Shown one piece after another: positions 47,878-58,014 of a stretch of DNA of 64,000 bases. Made by a program: the position numbers and the translations under genes. Source of the stretch: an uncultured Clostridiaceae bacterium (GTDB lineage Bacteria > Bacillota > Clostridia > Ch29). Below the pieces are notes generated by a model that did no database searches, was not told the DNA's origin, and saw nothing but the letters and a program-made list of their open reading frames with translations. How positions within the stretch are numbered: the first letter of the stretch is position 1; each line of letters begins with the position of its first letter. The stretch lies in contig CAZDSH010000001.1 in NCBI GenBank assembly GCA_964508195.1, positions 67,263-131,262 of the forward strand, written 5' to 3'.

Positions 47878-50121
47878 TTAGCTAAGATTAATAGGATCCA
47901 CATCTATAATGACGCTTAACCCTCGCAACGATCCCTTTAATAATTCGAGTTTAGCACGCCGTAACGTCTCTGTTATCCCTTCCAAGATCGGCGCTTTAAT
48001 TATTACTTGCCACCGATAACGGTCCTTTATTTTAGAATGCATAGCTTGGGACGGGCCGAACAATTCGTATTGCAGGCCCTTAATTTTTTTAAACCCTCTG
48101 TTGAGTTTATTATATAAAGTGTTAGCGCCATCGGCAACTTCCTTTTGATTTTTACCGGATATTATTATGTTTATTAGCCTTTCATAGGGGGGATAACCGA
48201 AATTCTTTCTTATTTCCGTTTCCTGTTGGAAAAAATCCCTATAATTTTGTCTTTCCGTCGCAATAATACTGTAATGTCCGGGGTTATAGGTCTGAATGAT
48301 CACCCTGCCGGGTTTGGTACCTCTACCTGCCCTCCCGGACACCTGTGTCAGTAATTGGAATGTCCGTTCCGAGGCCCTAAAATCCGGTAGGTTCAGCGAA
48401 AAGTCCGCTAGTATCACCCCTACTAGGGTAACGCCGGAGAAATCCAACCCCTTAGTAACCATCTGCGTGCCTAACAAGATATCCGCCCCGTGATCTTTAA
48501 ATCTCTTAAGTATATTAAAATGGGCACCCTTTCGCCGTGTAGTATCCATATCCATTCGCAATATTCGGGCACCTTGAAAGCTATCCGTTACAGCTTTTTC
48601 TAGCTTTTCTGTCCCCGCCCCTAGGTGCCTGATCTTATCACTACCGCATACCTCACACCGAGTAGGGGGTTTCCGTTTATAGCCGCAATAATGGCAAATA
48701 AGGGAATTCTCCCTGCGATGATACGTCATGGATATGTCACATTTTTTACACTTTACGACATTGCCGCAGTTCCTACAACTTATTACAACGGAATAGCCCC
48801 TCCGGTTTAAGAACAAAATAGCCTGTTGTCTGTTATCGAGGGCCTTCGTTATCTCTTCAGAAAGTCTTTTACTAAATATAGAACGGTTACCTTCTTTAAG
48901 CTCTTGACGCATATCCACTATTTCTACCGTCGGCAGTTCACCGCCCCCTACCCGTTCCTTCAACTGCACAAAGCCTATATCGCCCGTAACCGCCCTGTGA
49001 TATGTTTCCATAGAGGGCGTAGCGGAACCTAGTACGAGTAGCCCACCATGATCGCGACACCTTTTGGCCGCTACATTATGGGTTACGTACCTAGGTGCAT
49101 TTTCTGACTTATAAGTGTGTTCATGTTCCTCATCAATAATTATAAGCCCAATATTGTCAAAGGGTGCAAATACCGCTGATCTGGCCCCAATAACGATATC
49201 ATAGCGCCCTTTCAAGATGCCCTCCCACTGGTCGTAGCCCTCACCGTCGGATAATCTGCTATGTATAAGGGCCGCTTTACCGCCAAAGCGTTTATGATAC
49301 CATTCCATCATCTGGGGCGTCAGGGAAATCTCCGGCACTAAAACTATAACCTGTTTACCGGCTTCTATCGTTTCGCCGATGAGCCGCAGATATACTTCGG
49401 TTTTGCCGCTGCCGGTAATGCCGTGTAACAATACCTCAGTAATACCCCCCTTGTACATGTCCTTTATAGATTTTAAAACTTCCCTTTGCGAGGCACTTAA
49501 ATGCTCTACCCTGTCCTGGATAATACCCGTTGCAAGCTCCGGGGATCTTATGACCCTTTTATCATATATCTTTAAAAAACCCCTCTTTTCTAGGGAACGC
49601 AGGGATTGTAAGCTGCATCCGGTTTTGTCCATAAGCGTACCACAACATACCTCATCCAGGGCCTCCTGTTCGAAAAAAGATATAACAGCCCTCATCCTGG
49701 CTGCGTGTTTCGGCAATGGTTCCTCAATGTCTCCGTACACCCTGCGGGCCCATAATCGGTATTTACCGGACCTTTTCAGGCTTCTTGCGGTCTTTATCCC
49801 AGGGGGCATAACACACCGTATAGCTTCAAACCAGGTACATAAATATTCATCCCTCATCCATTTTGCAAGTTCGACTATCTCCTCGGGGAGTATAGGCTCT
49901 GCATCTACTCGCCTTAAAATGGGTTTTATATTATTTATATGATCCGGACATCCTTCTGAAAGGGCTACCACAAGACCCTCCACATGATTATTAGCTGGGC
50001 CAAAGGGCACTGTCACCCTTGAGCCCTTAAAAATTTTGTCTACTAATTGATCCGGTATAATATAATGAAAAGGCATATCTATAAGGGGGCTTGGATTGTT
50101 GACTACTACCTGGGCGTACAT
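47878..50121 (-). CDS. priA: Primosomal protein N' (replication restart helicase)
   Basis: 747-aa protein with a 3'-DNA-binding N-domain, helicase motifs ([12 protein letters not shown]) and a Cys-rich zinc-binding insert ([13 protein letters not shown]...CHYCG...CEVCG). Confidence 0.9.
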   Translation of the reverse strand: MYAQVVVNNPSPLIDMPFHYIIPDQLVDKIFKGSRVTVPFGPANNHVEGLVVALSEGCPDHINNIKPILRRVDAEPILPEEIVELAKWMRDEYLCTWFEAIRCVMPPGIKTARSLKRSGKYRLWARRVYGDIEEPLPKHAARMRAVISFFEQEALDEVCCGTLMDKTGCSLQSLRSLEKRGFLKIYDKRVIRSPELATGIIQDRVEHLSASQREVLKSIKDMYKGGITEVLLHGITGSGKTEVYLRLIGETIEAGKQVIVLVPEISLTPQMMEWYHKRFGGKAALIHSRLSDGEGYDQWEGILKGRYDIVIGARSAVFAPFDNIGLIIIDEEHEHTYKSENAPRYVTHNVAAKRCRDHGGLLVLGSATPSMETYHRAVTGDIGFVQLKERVGGGELPTVEIVDMRQELKEGNRSIFSKRLSEEITKALDNRQQAILFLNRRGYSVVISCRNCGNVVKCKKCDISMTYHRRENSLICHYCGYKRKPPTRCEVCGSDKIRHLGAGTEKLEKAVTDSFQGARILRMDMDTTRRKGAHFNILKRFKDHGADILLGTQMVTKGLDFSGVTLVGVILADFSLNLPDFRASERTFQLLTQVSGRAGRGTKPGRVIIQTYNPGHYSIIATERQNYRDFFQQETEIRKNFGYPPYERLINIIISGKNQKEVADGANTLYNKLNRGFKKIKGLQYELFGPSQAMHSKIKDRYRWQVIIKAPILEGITETLRRAKLELLKGSLRGLSVIIDVDPINLS

Positions 50122-50178
50122 TTCAATGCTTTCCTCCCTTCTATATCAGGGGGATAAGATAGAAGTCATACCGTGCGA

Positions 50179-51381
50179 TTAATCCCCTTTGTTTAGCAAC
50201 AAAACAACTTTATCTAAAATTATATCCGCCATCTTGGACTTGTTCATAGGCTCCAACCTCTCTGCCTCGCCCTCGGCGTTAACTATATACCCCCCGTTTA
50301 AATCGCTACCAAAGCCAATACCTTCTTCGGTAATATCGTTTGCGACAATGAGATCTAAATTTTTATAGTGGAGTTTTTCCCTAGCATGCTCTATAAGATC
50401 AGCACTTTCCGCCGCAAATCCTACGAGTATACGGTTTTTCTTTATGTTACCTAGTTCCAGAAGAATATCGGGATTCCTAACCAATTCTACGGACATCCTA
50501 TCTGCGCTCTTTTTAATCTTCTGTGGCGAAACCTCAGCGGGCCGATAATCCGAAACCGCTGCGGTTTTTATAACGACGTCGCAGGATGAAAACCTTCGCA
50601 AAACTTCATCGTACATATCCATAGCGCTTATAACGGGTACAAACTCCGCCGATGGTGGCGGCAAAATATGCGTAGGCCCGCTTATAAGTATAACCTGGGC
50701 ACCCCTTTTAATCGCTGCATCCGCAATAGAATAGCCCATTTTGCCCGAGGATGCATTCGAAAAAAACCTAACGGGATCAAGGCTTTCCCGGGTAGGCCCT
50801 GCGGTAACCATAACGATCCTATCCTGTAAATCCTTACTCCGCGCTTTAAACCCTTCTAAATATTCTACAATAGCCTGAGGTTCCTCCATTCTACCCGTAC
50901 CCTTATCGCCGCAGGCGAGATTTCCCTCCGCCGGGCCGAAGAATGTGTACCCGTATCGGCCCAAACTTTCTATATTGCGCTGTAGAACCGGGTTGTTATA
51001 CATATTAGTATTCATAGCGGGGACTATTATTACCTTAGCCCTCGTAGCCATAACAGTAGTAGTAAGCAGGTCATCGGCTATACCCGTAGCGGCCTTCCCT
51101 ATAAAATTAGCAGTTGCCGGGGCTATTATCATGTATTCGGCCCATTGTGCAAGAAATATATGGCTTATTCTTTGGTCCATGGTTTCAGCAAACATATCAA
51201 CTATAACATCATCGGCGGATAGGCTACTGAACGTTAAAGGTGCGATAAACTCTGTTGCGTTTTTTGTCATTATCACTTTAACCTGAGCGCCTTTTTTCCT
51301 AAGCCGACTTACAAGGTCCGCGCTTTTATAAGCGGAAATGCCGCCGCATATACCCACTACTACTTTAGTATCCTTAAGCAA
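50179..51381 (-). CDS. coaBC: Bifunctional phosphopantothenoylcysteine decarboxylase / phosphopantothenate-cysteine ligase
   Basis: N-terminal flavoprotein domain and C-terminal DFP/CoaB domain; 400 aa. Confidence 0.9.
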   Translation of the reverse strand: MLKDTKVVVGICGGISAYKSADLVSRLRKKGAQVKVIMTKNATEFIAPLTFSSLSADDVIVDMFAETMDQRISHIFLAQWAEYMIIAPATANFIGKAATGIADDLLTTTVMATRAKVIIVPAMNTNMYNNPVLQRNIESLGRYGYTFFGPAEGNLACGDKGTGRMEEPQAIVEYLEGFKARSKDLQDRIVMVTAGPTRESLDPVRFFSNASSGKMGYSIADAAIKRGAQVILISGPTHILPPPSAEFVPVISAMDMYDEVLRRFSSCDVVIKTAAVSDYRPAEVSPQKIKKSADRMSVELVRNPDILLELGNIKKNRILVGFAAESADLIEHAREKLHYKNLDLIVANDITEEGIGFGSDLNGGYIVNAEGEAERLEPMNKSKMADIILDKVVLLLNKGD

Positions 51382-51396
51382 ATTCTAACCTCCTCG

Positions 51397-51603
51397 TTAT
51401 TTTATGCCATCCTTTGTACGTATGTATCCTATCTTGCCCTCCTCTATTTCCTTTATAGCCATAGTTACACTTTTTATGTCGCCGTTTTCTTCCTTATCCT
51501 GATTCTCCCGGTTAAGCTGCCTTGCCCTTTTAGCTATTAATGCTACTAGAGTGTACCTACTGTCCACCCTTTTTAATAATGAATTCACCGAAGGATATAA
51601 CAA
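51397..51603 (-). CDS. rpoZ: DNA-directed RNA polymerase subunit omega
   Basis: 68-aa protein with the YTLVALIAKRARQL motif, located downstream of gmk. Confidence 0.85.
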   Translation of the reverse strand: MLYPSVNSLLKRVDSRYTLVALIAKRARQLNRENQDKEENGDIKSVTMAIKEIEEGKIGYIRTKDGIK

Positions 51604-51616
51604 TTCTTTTACCTCC

Positions 51617-52222
51617 CTATTTGCCTATATATTTCATTTTAAACCTGTCCACCCTACACTTTTCCGCTGTTATTATTGAACACAATTTGTTTGCAGCAAT
51701 TTTAACATGATCATTTATTATATAATAATTATACCTCGATACGTAGTTGATCTCCTTATAAGCGGCTTCGAACCTCCGCATAATTTCCTTCGCACCCTCG
51801 GTACCTCGCTTCGTTATCCTTGATCTGAGCTCTTCCATCGACGGGGGCAATATAAAAATAAAAACCCCTTCTTTATACTTCTCCTTAACTTGGAGTGCAC
51901 CCTGTATATCTATTTCAAGTAGTACGTCCCTACCTTTTTGTATGTTTTCCTCTACGAAGTCCCTGGGTGTCCCATAATAATTGCCATAAACCTTTGCGTA
52001 TTCTATAAATCCGTTCCTTTTTATTAGATCTAGGAATTCATCCCGGGACACAAAGGAATAATTCTTTCCGTTAACTTCACCTGCCCTAGGTGGTCGCGTC
52101 GTTTTAGATACAGAAACTATTATATCCTTTTGCATCTTTAACAACTCTTTACAGATAGTTCCTTTACCCGCACCGGATGGCCCGGACACGACCACGAGCA
52201 GGCCCTTATCCTTCATGCTCAT
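51617..52222 (-). CDS. gmk: Guanylate kinase
   Basis: [10 protein letters not shown]-loop and Gmk family architecture. Confidence 0.95.
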   Translation of the reverse strand: MSMKDKGLLVVVSGPSGAGKGTICKELLKMQKDIIVSVSKTTRPPRAGEVNGKNYSFVSRDEFLDLIKRNGFIEYAKVYGNYYGTPRDFVEENIQKGRDVLLEIDIQGALQVKEKYKEGVFIFILPPSMEELRSRITKRGTEGAKEIMRRFEAAYKEINYVSRYNYYIINDHVKIAANKLCSIITAEKCRVDRFKMKYIGK

Positions 52223-52485
52223 ACATTATCTACCGTGTCATCGGAAGTATCCTTCGAGGTTAACCTATGGGCAACGGTTTCCGGCTGAACCGCTGATAGG
52301 ATTATATGATCGCTGTCCGTGACGATAACAGCCCTAGTCCTCCTACCGTAAGTAGCATCTATTAGCATATTCCGTTCCTTCGCATCCTGGATAATCCTTT
52401 TTATAGGCGCCGATTCCGGACTCACTATTGCAATAAGCCTATTTGCGGAAACAACATTTCCAAAACCTATATTAATGAGTTTCAT
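52219..52485 (-). CDS. remA: DUF370 protein (RemA/YlzA-like extracellular matrix regulator)
   Basis: 88-aa protein with [21 protein letters not shown], the conserved RemA N-terminus. Typical yicC-remA-gmk order. Confidence 0.8.
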   Translation of the reverse strand: MKLINIGFGNVVSANRLIAIVSPESAPIKRIIQDAKERNMLIDATYGRRTRAVIVTDSDHIILSAVQPETVAHRLTSKDTSDDTVDNV

Positions 52486-52501
52486 GGTCCCCTTAGCCTC
52501 C

Positions 52502-53386
52502 CTATTCGATATTTTGTATTTGTTCCCTCACCTGTTCGAGCTGAGATTTTATGCCGATAACAGCCTTAGATATATGCAAGTCATTAGCCTTTGAACCAAT
52601 CGTGTTGACCTCCCTTAACATCTCCTGCGCCAGAAAATCCAATTCCCTACCCATAACACCACCCAGACCGAATATATGACGCATCTGGGAGATATGGCTC
52701 CCTAGCCTGACAATCTCTTCGTCTATATTGCTCCTATCCGCGAAGATCAATACCTCCTGATAAATCCTATCGTCATCGAGGTTAACGCCTCCGGCCAGTT
52801 CTTTCAATCTTTTGTCCAGACGTTCACGGTATTCATCCACTATAAACCCTGCCCTTTTTTCTATTTCTGATACCTCTTTATCTATGATTTCTAGTTTTAA
52901 AAGTATATCCCTTTTAAGGTTTTCGCCCTCTTGACTGCGCATACTGATCAGTAAATCCAAGGCCTGCTCCAATGCATGGGATAATCTCTCCCACAATGCT
53001 TCTTCGTTTACTTTACCCGGGCTTACCGTAATAACCTCTGGAAATGTAGCAATCAATGAAAAGGGTATATCCCCTTCGTAGTTTAGACTCCGACCCAATT
53101 CTTTTAAAGCGCCGTTATAATGTAGGGCTAATTTGTCGTTTAGTTTTATATCCGGTTCCCAAAGTCCCCATACATCGTAGGAGATATAAACGTCTACCCT
53201 GCCCCTGGATACGCGTGTTTTTATATGACGCCTTATTTTATCATCTAAAAAAGAAAGATGCCTTGAGGTCTTTATGTTTATATCGCTGTATCTATGGTTA
53301 ACCGTTCGTATTTCTACTAAAATCGCTGCATCCTCCGCCCTATACTCCCCTCTACCAAAGCCCGTCATACTGCTGACCCCTTGCAT
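52502..53386 (-). CDS. yicC: YicC family protein (YloC-like endoribonuclease)
   Basis: 294-aa protein with YicC N-terminal and DUF1732 C-terminal regions ([18 protein letters not shown]). Confidence 0.85.
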   Translation of the reverse strand: MQGVSSMTGFGRGEYRAEDAAILVEIRTVNHRYSDINIKTSRHLSFLDDKIRRHIKTRVSRGRVDVYISYDVWGLWEPDIKLNDKLALHYNGALKELGRSLNYEGDIPFSLIATFPEVITVSPGKVNEEALWERLSHALEQALDLLISMRSQEGENLKRDILLKLEIIDKEVSEIEKRAGFIVDEYRERLDKRLKELAGGVNLDDDRIYQEVLIFADRSNIDEEIVRLGSHISQMRHIFGLGGVMGRELDFLAQEMLREVNTIGSKANDLHISKAVIGIKSQLEQVREQIQNIE

Positions 53387-53741
53387 ATTTGCTATCCTCT
53401 CCTTCTTTCTATGTCAGACTAAAGCCCCTTAAACAATATAAGTATTATCCCATAGTATATATTCCTTATCCCTTAATCTAACACATTTCTTAAACTTTTC
53501 AAAGCCTAAATTTCGCCGCGATCCTACGTTGTAGTTTTATTTTCCCCGTAGCAAGTGCTATACTAAATATAATGTGTTGATAATAATTCATTGATTCTAG
53601 ACGTCTTATTTTATTAGTGTTTCAAATACGATGGCACATGAACCCCCGGGGATGACACCCCCGCCGATATACAGTTTCAAAATAGTTTCGAATGGGTTGC
53701 AACGGATTGTTCCCTTAACAAAAAATATAGTAGGTGATAAA

Positions 53742-55502
53742 ATGGCTTTCGATGGTTATACTATGAAATGTCTTACGATGGAATTAAAAAATAGCCTTAT
53801 AAACGGACGCATAGAGAGGATATACCAACCGCGTTCGGATATGCTTTTGTTGCACTTACACACGCCAAAGGGCCGTGGGAAATTACTTTTGTCCGCTAAC
53901 CCTTCAAATCCACGGCTGCACCTAACCCTTAAAGGAGTCCATAATAATGAACATCCAGGGCACCCGCCGATGCTATGTATGCTTTTAAGGAAACATTTAA
54001 GCGGGGGAATCATTATATCAATAGAACAATACGGCATGGATCGGGTCCTGGAATTTCGTATATTGGTTGCAGGCCAATTAGGGGAAAGGACCGAAAAACG
54101 TCTTATATGTGAAATAATGGGTAGGCATAGCAACGTTATATTACTGGACCAGGAAGGTGTAGTAATCGATTCGGTAAAAAGGGTAACTGCCCAGATGAGC
54201 TCCTATAGGCATATATTCCCCGGTGTAAAGTATAAGCTCCCGCCGTCACAGTCTAAGCTGAACATATCCACGGCGGATGTATCGGATTTAGAAAAAGCCC
54301 TTATAGCGCACAAGGGCTGTCGAGCCGCCAGGGCCGTGTCTGACGCCTTTGAGGGTATCGGGAAGGTCCTTGCAACGGAATTATGCGCAAGGAGCGATAT
54401 AGATCCTAAGGAGCCCCTAGGGGAGACCTCGGTATCCGACCTCGCTCACGGGGTCCACGAACTGGCAAAAACCCTTAATAGCGGGGACTTTTACCCCGTC
54501 ATATATTATAGGGGTAATGACGTTTTCGATTTTTCCCCCGTGCCCCTTACCCATCTAGGCCTTACCTATGAAGCTAAACCCAGTATAAACGTAATGTTAG
54601 ATGATTTTTTTAACGAAAAAACCGAAGCTGAGACATTTAAGCGTGAACGTGAGCACCTATTGAAAACGGTAGAGGGGCTTAGGGATAAAAATTCTAAAAA
54701 ATTAACCAATAGGCTTCAGGAACTACAGGATGCTACCACGAAGGAAAATTATAGGCTCTATGGTGAGCTCATTATAGCAAACCTGTACCGTTTGGATACG
54801 AAGGTTAGCTCTGTAACCCTCGAGGACTATACACAACCGGATTTACCCCTCGTTAAAATTAAACTGGATCCAAACATTACACCCCTCCAAAACGCTAACC
54901 GGTTTTTTAAAGAATATAACCGCGCGAAAAGGACGGTGCGCAATCTAAAAAAATTAGTTCATCAAACTAAGGGGGAAATAACCTATTTAGAAAGCATAAT
55001 CTACAGCATAGAAAGCTGTACACACCTCGACGAGCTATCGGAGATACGTCTGGAATTAGAAAAGGGTAAATACTTAAAGCATGCGGGATCAACTAAAAAA
55101 CGAAAACCTAAACCCGGGGCAGGTCCCTTTGCCTATCGGTCTAAGGATGGCTTTACCATATACGTAGGACGGAATAATCGTCAAAACGATTATTTGATAC
55201 AAAGGCTCGCCAAAAAGGACGATCTATGGCTGCATACTAAGGACATACCGGGTTCCCACGTATTAATAAAGAGCGAAGGTAAAAAAGTTCCGAAGGATAC
55301 CCTTTATCAGGGGGCGCTTTTAGCGGCATACCACAGTAAGGCACACCAATCGGGTAGCGTCCCCGTAGATTATACACTGGTAAAGCATGTATCCAAACCC
55401 ACCGGCGCAAAACCGGGGTTCGTTGTTTATAAGAATCAAAAAACGTTGTTCGTAACACCGGACCGGGATATAGTAGCTACTATAGAAAAGCTAAAGACAT
55501 AG
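53742..55502 (+). CDS. rqcH: Rqc2 homolog RqcH (NFACT/fibronectin-binding protein A family)
   Basis: NFACT-N, coiled-coil and NFACT-R domains (...GSHVLIKS...). The ATG at 53742 has an AGGTGA ribosome-binding site and gives 586 aa; the ORF-track start at 53631 is likely an over-extension. Confidence 0.85.
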   Translation: MAFDGYTMKCLTMELKNSLINGRIERIYQPRSDMLLLHLHTPKGRGKLLLSANPSNPRLHLTLKGVHNNEHPGHPPMLCMLLRKHLSGGIIISIEQYGMDRVLEFRILVAGQLGERTEKRLICEIMGRHSNVILLDQEGVVIDSVKRVTAQMSSYRHIFPGVKYKLPPSQSKLNISTADVSDLEKALIAHKGCRAARAVSDAFEGIGKVLATELCARSDIDPKEPLGETSVSDLAHGVHELAKTLNSGDFYPVIYYRGNDVFDFSPVPLTHLGLTYEAKPSINVMLDDFFNEKTEAETFKREREHLLKTVEGLRDKNSKKLTNRLQELQDATTKENYRLYGELIIANLYRLDTKVSSVTLEDYTQPDLPLVKIKLDPNITPLQNANRFFKEYNRAKRTVRNLKKLVHQTKGEITYLESIIYSIESCTHLDELSEIRLELEKGKYLKHAGSTKKRKPKPGAGPFAYRSKDGFTIYVGRNNRQNDYLIQRLAKKDDLWLHTKDIPGSHVLIKSEGKKVPKDTLYQGALLAAYHSKAHQSGSVPVDYTLVKHVSKPTGAKPGFVVYKNQKTLFVTPDRDIVATIEKLKT

Positions 55503-55511
55503 AAACTAAGC

Positions 55512-56417
55512 CTATAACTGATCTATAACCCCTTTGAAGTGTTTAGGTACCTTTGAGCGGAATTCCATATATTCGCCCTTTTCCGGATGGACAAATCCTA
55601 GGACTGCGGCATGGAGCATAAGATTTGTTGCGCCTAGGACGCCGGGCCTGCCGTATTTAGTGTCCCCAACTATGGGATGACCTATATACTGCATGTGTAC
55701 CCTAATTTGATGCGTCCTACCCGTTTCCAACTTCACCTCAACGAGGGTATATCCCTGGAAACGTTTTATAACACTAAAATGGGACAGAGCATGCCTAGAA
55801 TTTCTGGCAGTTACGGCCATCTTCTTCCTGTTAACCGGGTGCCGACCTATAGGCGCGTCTATTGTCCCTCGATCTTCACGTAATATTCCCCGAACTAAAG
55901 CTATATATCTTCGGTTTACGCTATGCCTTTTAAATTGCGCTATGAGGGCTTTATAAGCCTTTTCATCCTTTGCCACGACTAGAAGTCCCGTCGTATCCTT
56001 ATCCAATCTATGTACTATACCCGGCCGAATCGTACCATCAACCTGCGGTAAACTATCGTAACGATACAAAAGTGCGTTCACTAACGTGCCGGAACTATTA
56101 CCCGGCGCGGGATGTACAGTCATACCCGCGGGTTTATTTATAACGAGTAGCCAATTGTCCTCGTACACAATATTCAAAGGAATATCAGCAGCCTCTACCT
56201 TGGCATCCTGGGGCTTTGGTATTGTTACCGATACCCTATCACCCGTTTTTACCCTATAGCTATTTTTAGACGGTTTCCCGTTAACCCTTATAAAGGCTTC
56301 CCTTACTAAGCCCTGTATAAAGGAACGGGAATAATCATACATATTTCCTATTAAGAATCTGTCTAATCTAGAATCGTTATCCTTTTCCTGAACAGTTATT
56401 TCGAAGGCATCTATCAT
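55512..56417 (-). CDS. rluD: 23S rRNA pseudouridine synthase (RluA family, RluD-like)
   Basis: S4 domain plus the catalytic motif HRLDKDTTGLLVVAK. Downstream of lspA as in B. subtilis ylyB. Confidence 0.85.
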   Translation of the reverse strand: MIDAFEITVQEKDNDSRLDRFLIGNMYDYSRSFIQGLVREAFIRVNGKPSKNSYRVKTGDRVSVTIPKPQDAKVEAADIPLNIVYEDNWLLVINKPAGMTVHPAPGNSSGTLVNALLYRYDSLPQVDGTIRPGIVHRLDKDTTGLLVVAKDEKAYKALIAQFKRHSVNRRYIALVRGILREDRGTIDAPIGRHPVNRKKMAVTARNSRHALSHFSVIKRFQGYTLVEVKLETGRTHQIRVHMQYIGHPIVGDTKYGRPGVLGATNLMLHAAVLGFVHPEKGEYMEFRSKVPKHFKGVIDQL

Positions 56418-56851
56418 TTTATGCCCTCACCCTTTACTAATACGCGGTATCCTAATAATATTGAACCTATTACTATACAACTATCAGCGATATTAAATAC
56501 CGGCCATACCCTAAAATCCAAAAAATCCACAACGTAGCCCAGCATAACCCTGTCCATGAGATTGCCCAGGGCACCACCTAATATAAGGGCTATGGACAGT
56601 CTCATAAAATCGCCGGCGTATCGCAACGTCCACATTAAATATATAAGAAACGCTGCTGTTAGCACAATAACGGGTATAAATAACCAGTTTGCCCCTTGGA
56701 ACATGCCGAAGGCTGCGCCGGTGTTCTGTACATAGGTTAGATGGAATACACCCTCAATCAACGGCACTGATCCGAGGGGCGCCAGGTACCTTTGGCATAG
56801 GAACTTAGAAAACCTGTCTATAATTATCGCCAATACAACGACCCATGTCAT
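56414..56851 (-). CDS. lspA: Lipoprotein signal peptidase II
   Basis: 145-aa protein with four TM segments and the conserved NTGAAFG and FNIAD motifs. Confidence 0.9.
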   Translation of the reverse strand: MTWVVVLAIIIDRFSKFLCQRYLAPLGSVPLIEGVFHLTYVQNTGAAFGMFQGANWLFIPVIVLTAAFLIYLMWTLRYAGDFMRLSIALILGGALGNLMDRVMLGYVVDFLDFRVWPVFNIADSCIVIGSILLGYRVLVKGEGIK

Positions 56852-56935
56852 AGAATACCCCCCTGAAGATTTACTTAGTAATATTAAGATTCTATCATAA
56901 ATCTCGACGGCTTAAAACATGCTACCCAACCCCTT

Positions 56936-57595
56936 CTAATCATCATAGAGTTTATTTTTGTAGTAACGGTTACTTATTCTATCTATATCCTCTACTAACC
57001 CTGCGGGTATCTCATCCCATACATCCTGATCGTCCCCGGTGCTATTGCTGGGATCGTCCTCCCTGCGGTTATATCTGGCCACCGCCTGCCAGCTATCCTC
57101 TCCGTCGAACATAGTCTGTTTTTCCATGTCCTCTCCCCTAGTGTTGTAGGGATAGCTAAGCACTTCCTCCTCCACGGGTCTTTTTCCCATAATCCTTTCC
57201 CTGGGCGGTTCCGTGCCCTTTGAACATTCCGTACATAATTCGGCCTCGGGTTGCACCTTTAGCCTCTCCTTTGCAATCATTACACCACAATAGGCACAGA
57301 TCCCATACTTTCCTTTTTCTATACGGTCTAGGGCTCTGTCCATTTGTGCGATACTATGCATTTTCTGTTTTTTTAATGCAATATTTTTATCCCTTTCGTA
57401 GGTCTCGCTACCAATATCCGCCGGATGGTTATCATAGATTGATAACTCCTTTGTATACTCCCGTAATGAACCCTCTAATTCGGTATCCCATATTTTATCC
57501 AATGTCTTTATAGCTTCTTCTCTATTCCGTTCTAATTTTTCTTTAAAAAAGTTAAGCGTTTTAGCGTCCATCCATTCATATCCTCCTATTTTCAC
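56936..57595 (-). CDS. DksA/TraR-family C4 zinc-finger protein (YteA-like)
   Basis: CAYCGVMIAKERL...CTEC is a C4 zinc finger of the TraR/DksA type, with an N-terminal coiled coil. Confidence 0.7.
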   Translation of the reverse strand: MKIGGYEWMDAKTLNFFKEKLERNREEAIKTLDKIWDTELEGSLREYTKELSIYDNHPADIGSETYERDKNIALKKQKMHSIAQMDRALDRIEKGKYGICAYCGVMIAKERLKVQPEAELCTECSKGTEPPRERIMGKRPVEEEVLSYPYNTRGEDMEKQTMFDGEDSWQAVARYNRREDDPSNSTGDDQDVWDEIPAGLVEDIDRISNRYYKNKLYDD

Positions 57596-57882
57596 ATGCT
57601 CCGATTTACGAGCTTTATAAGTTCTGCGATAAACCCGCCTATAAATGGCAGGTTAAGCATCACCAGCCTCCTTAAAATTAATATGGCTACGGCCCCCAAT
57701 ACGGAAAACCCTACAGCTAAGCCGAGGCCCCTGGCCAGCCCTGCGACAAAGTTTAAAAATAACATTTTCCTTGGGTTTTCCATCAAATTAACGTATTCCA
57801 TTATCTTAGATTTTTCTAAGCTCCTTGATAGGTTTTGCATCCCTTCCTCTAGCCTTTCCATTGATTTGTTTTCCTTTGTCAT
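57592..57882 (-). CDS. Small membrane protein (DUF5665-like)
   Basis: 96-aa protein with two predicted TM helices. Its start overlaps the yteA-like gene; family name uncertain. Confidence 0.5.
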   Translation of the reverse strand: MTKENKSMERLEEGMQNLSRSLEKSKIMEYVNLMENPRKMLFLNFVAGLARGLGLAVGFSVLGAVAILILRRLVMLNLPFIGGFIAELIKLVNRSM

Positions 57883-57943
57883 AGACCTGCCCCCCTTTAG
57901 ATTAATTTCCCCATAGGTTTAATAACTGATACATAGGCAAAAA

Positions 57944-57976
57944 AGAAAGCACCTAAAAAAGGTGCCCCTTTTTGAT
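57944..57976 (-). terminator. Rho-independent terminator downstream of ileS
   Basis: Hairpin GCACCT-AAAAA-AGGTGC followed on the minus strand by TTTCTTTTTT. Confidence 0.65.
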
Positions 57977-58014
57977 CTTCGGTCATTCCTACATATCATG
58001 CAGGATTTTGTTCG

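Noticed and set aside
53631-53741. N-terminal 37-codon extension of rqcH (MAHEPPGMTPPP...)
   Set aside because: There is no ribosome-binding site, and NFACT-family proteins start at the MAFDGY-type sequence. The ATG at 53742 has a good AGGTGA site.
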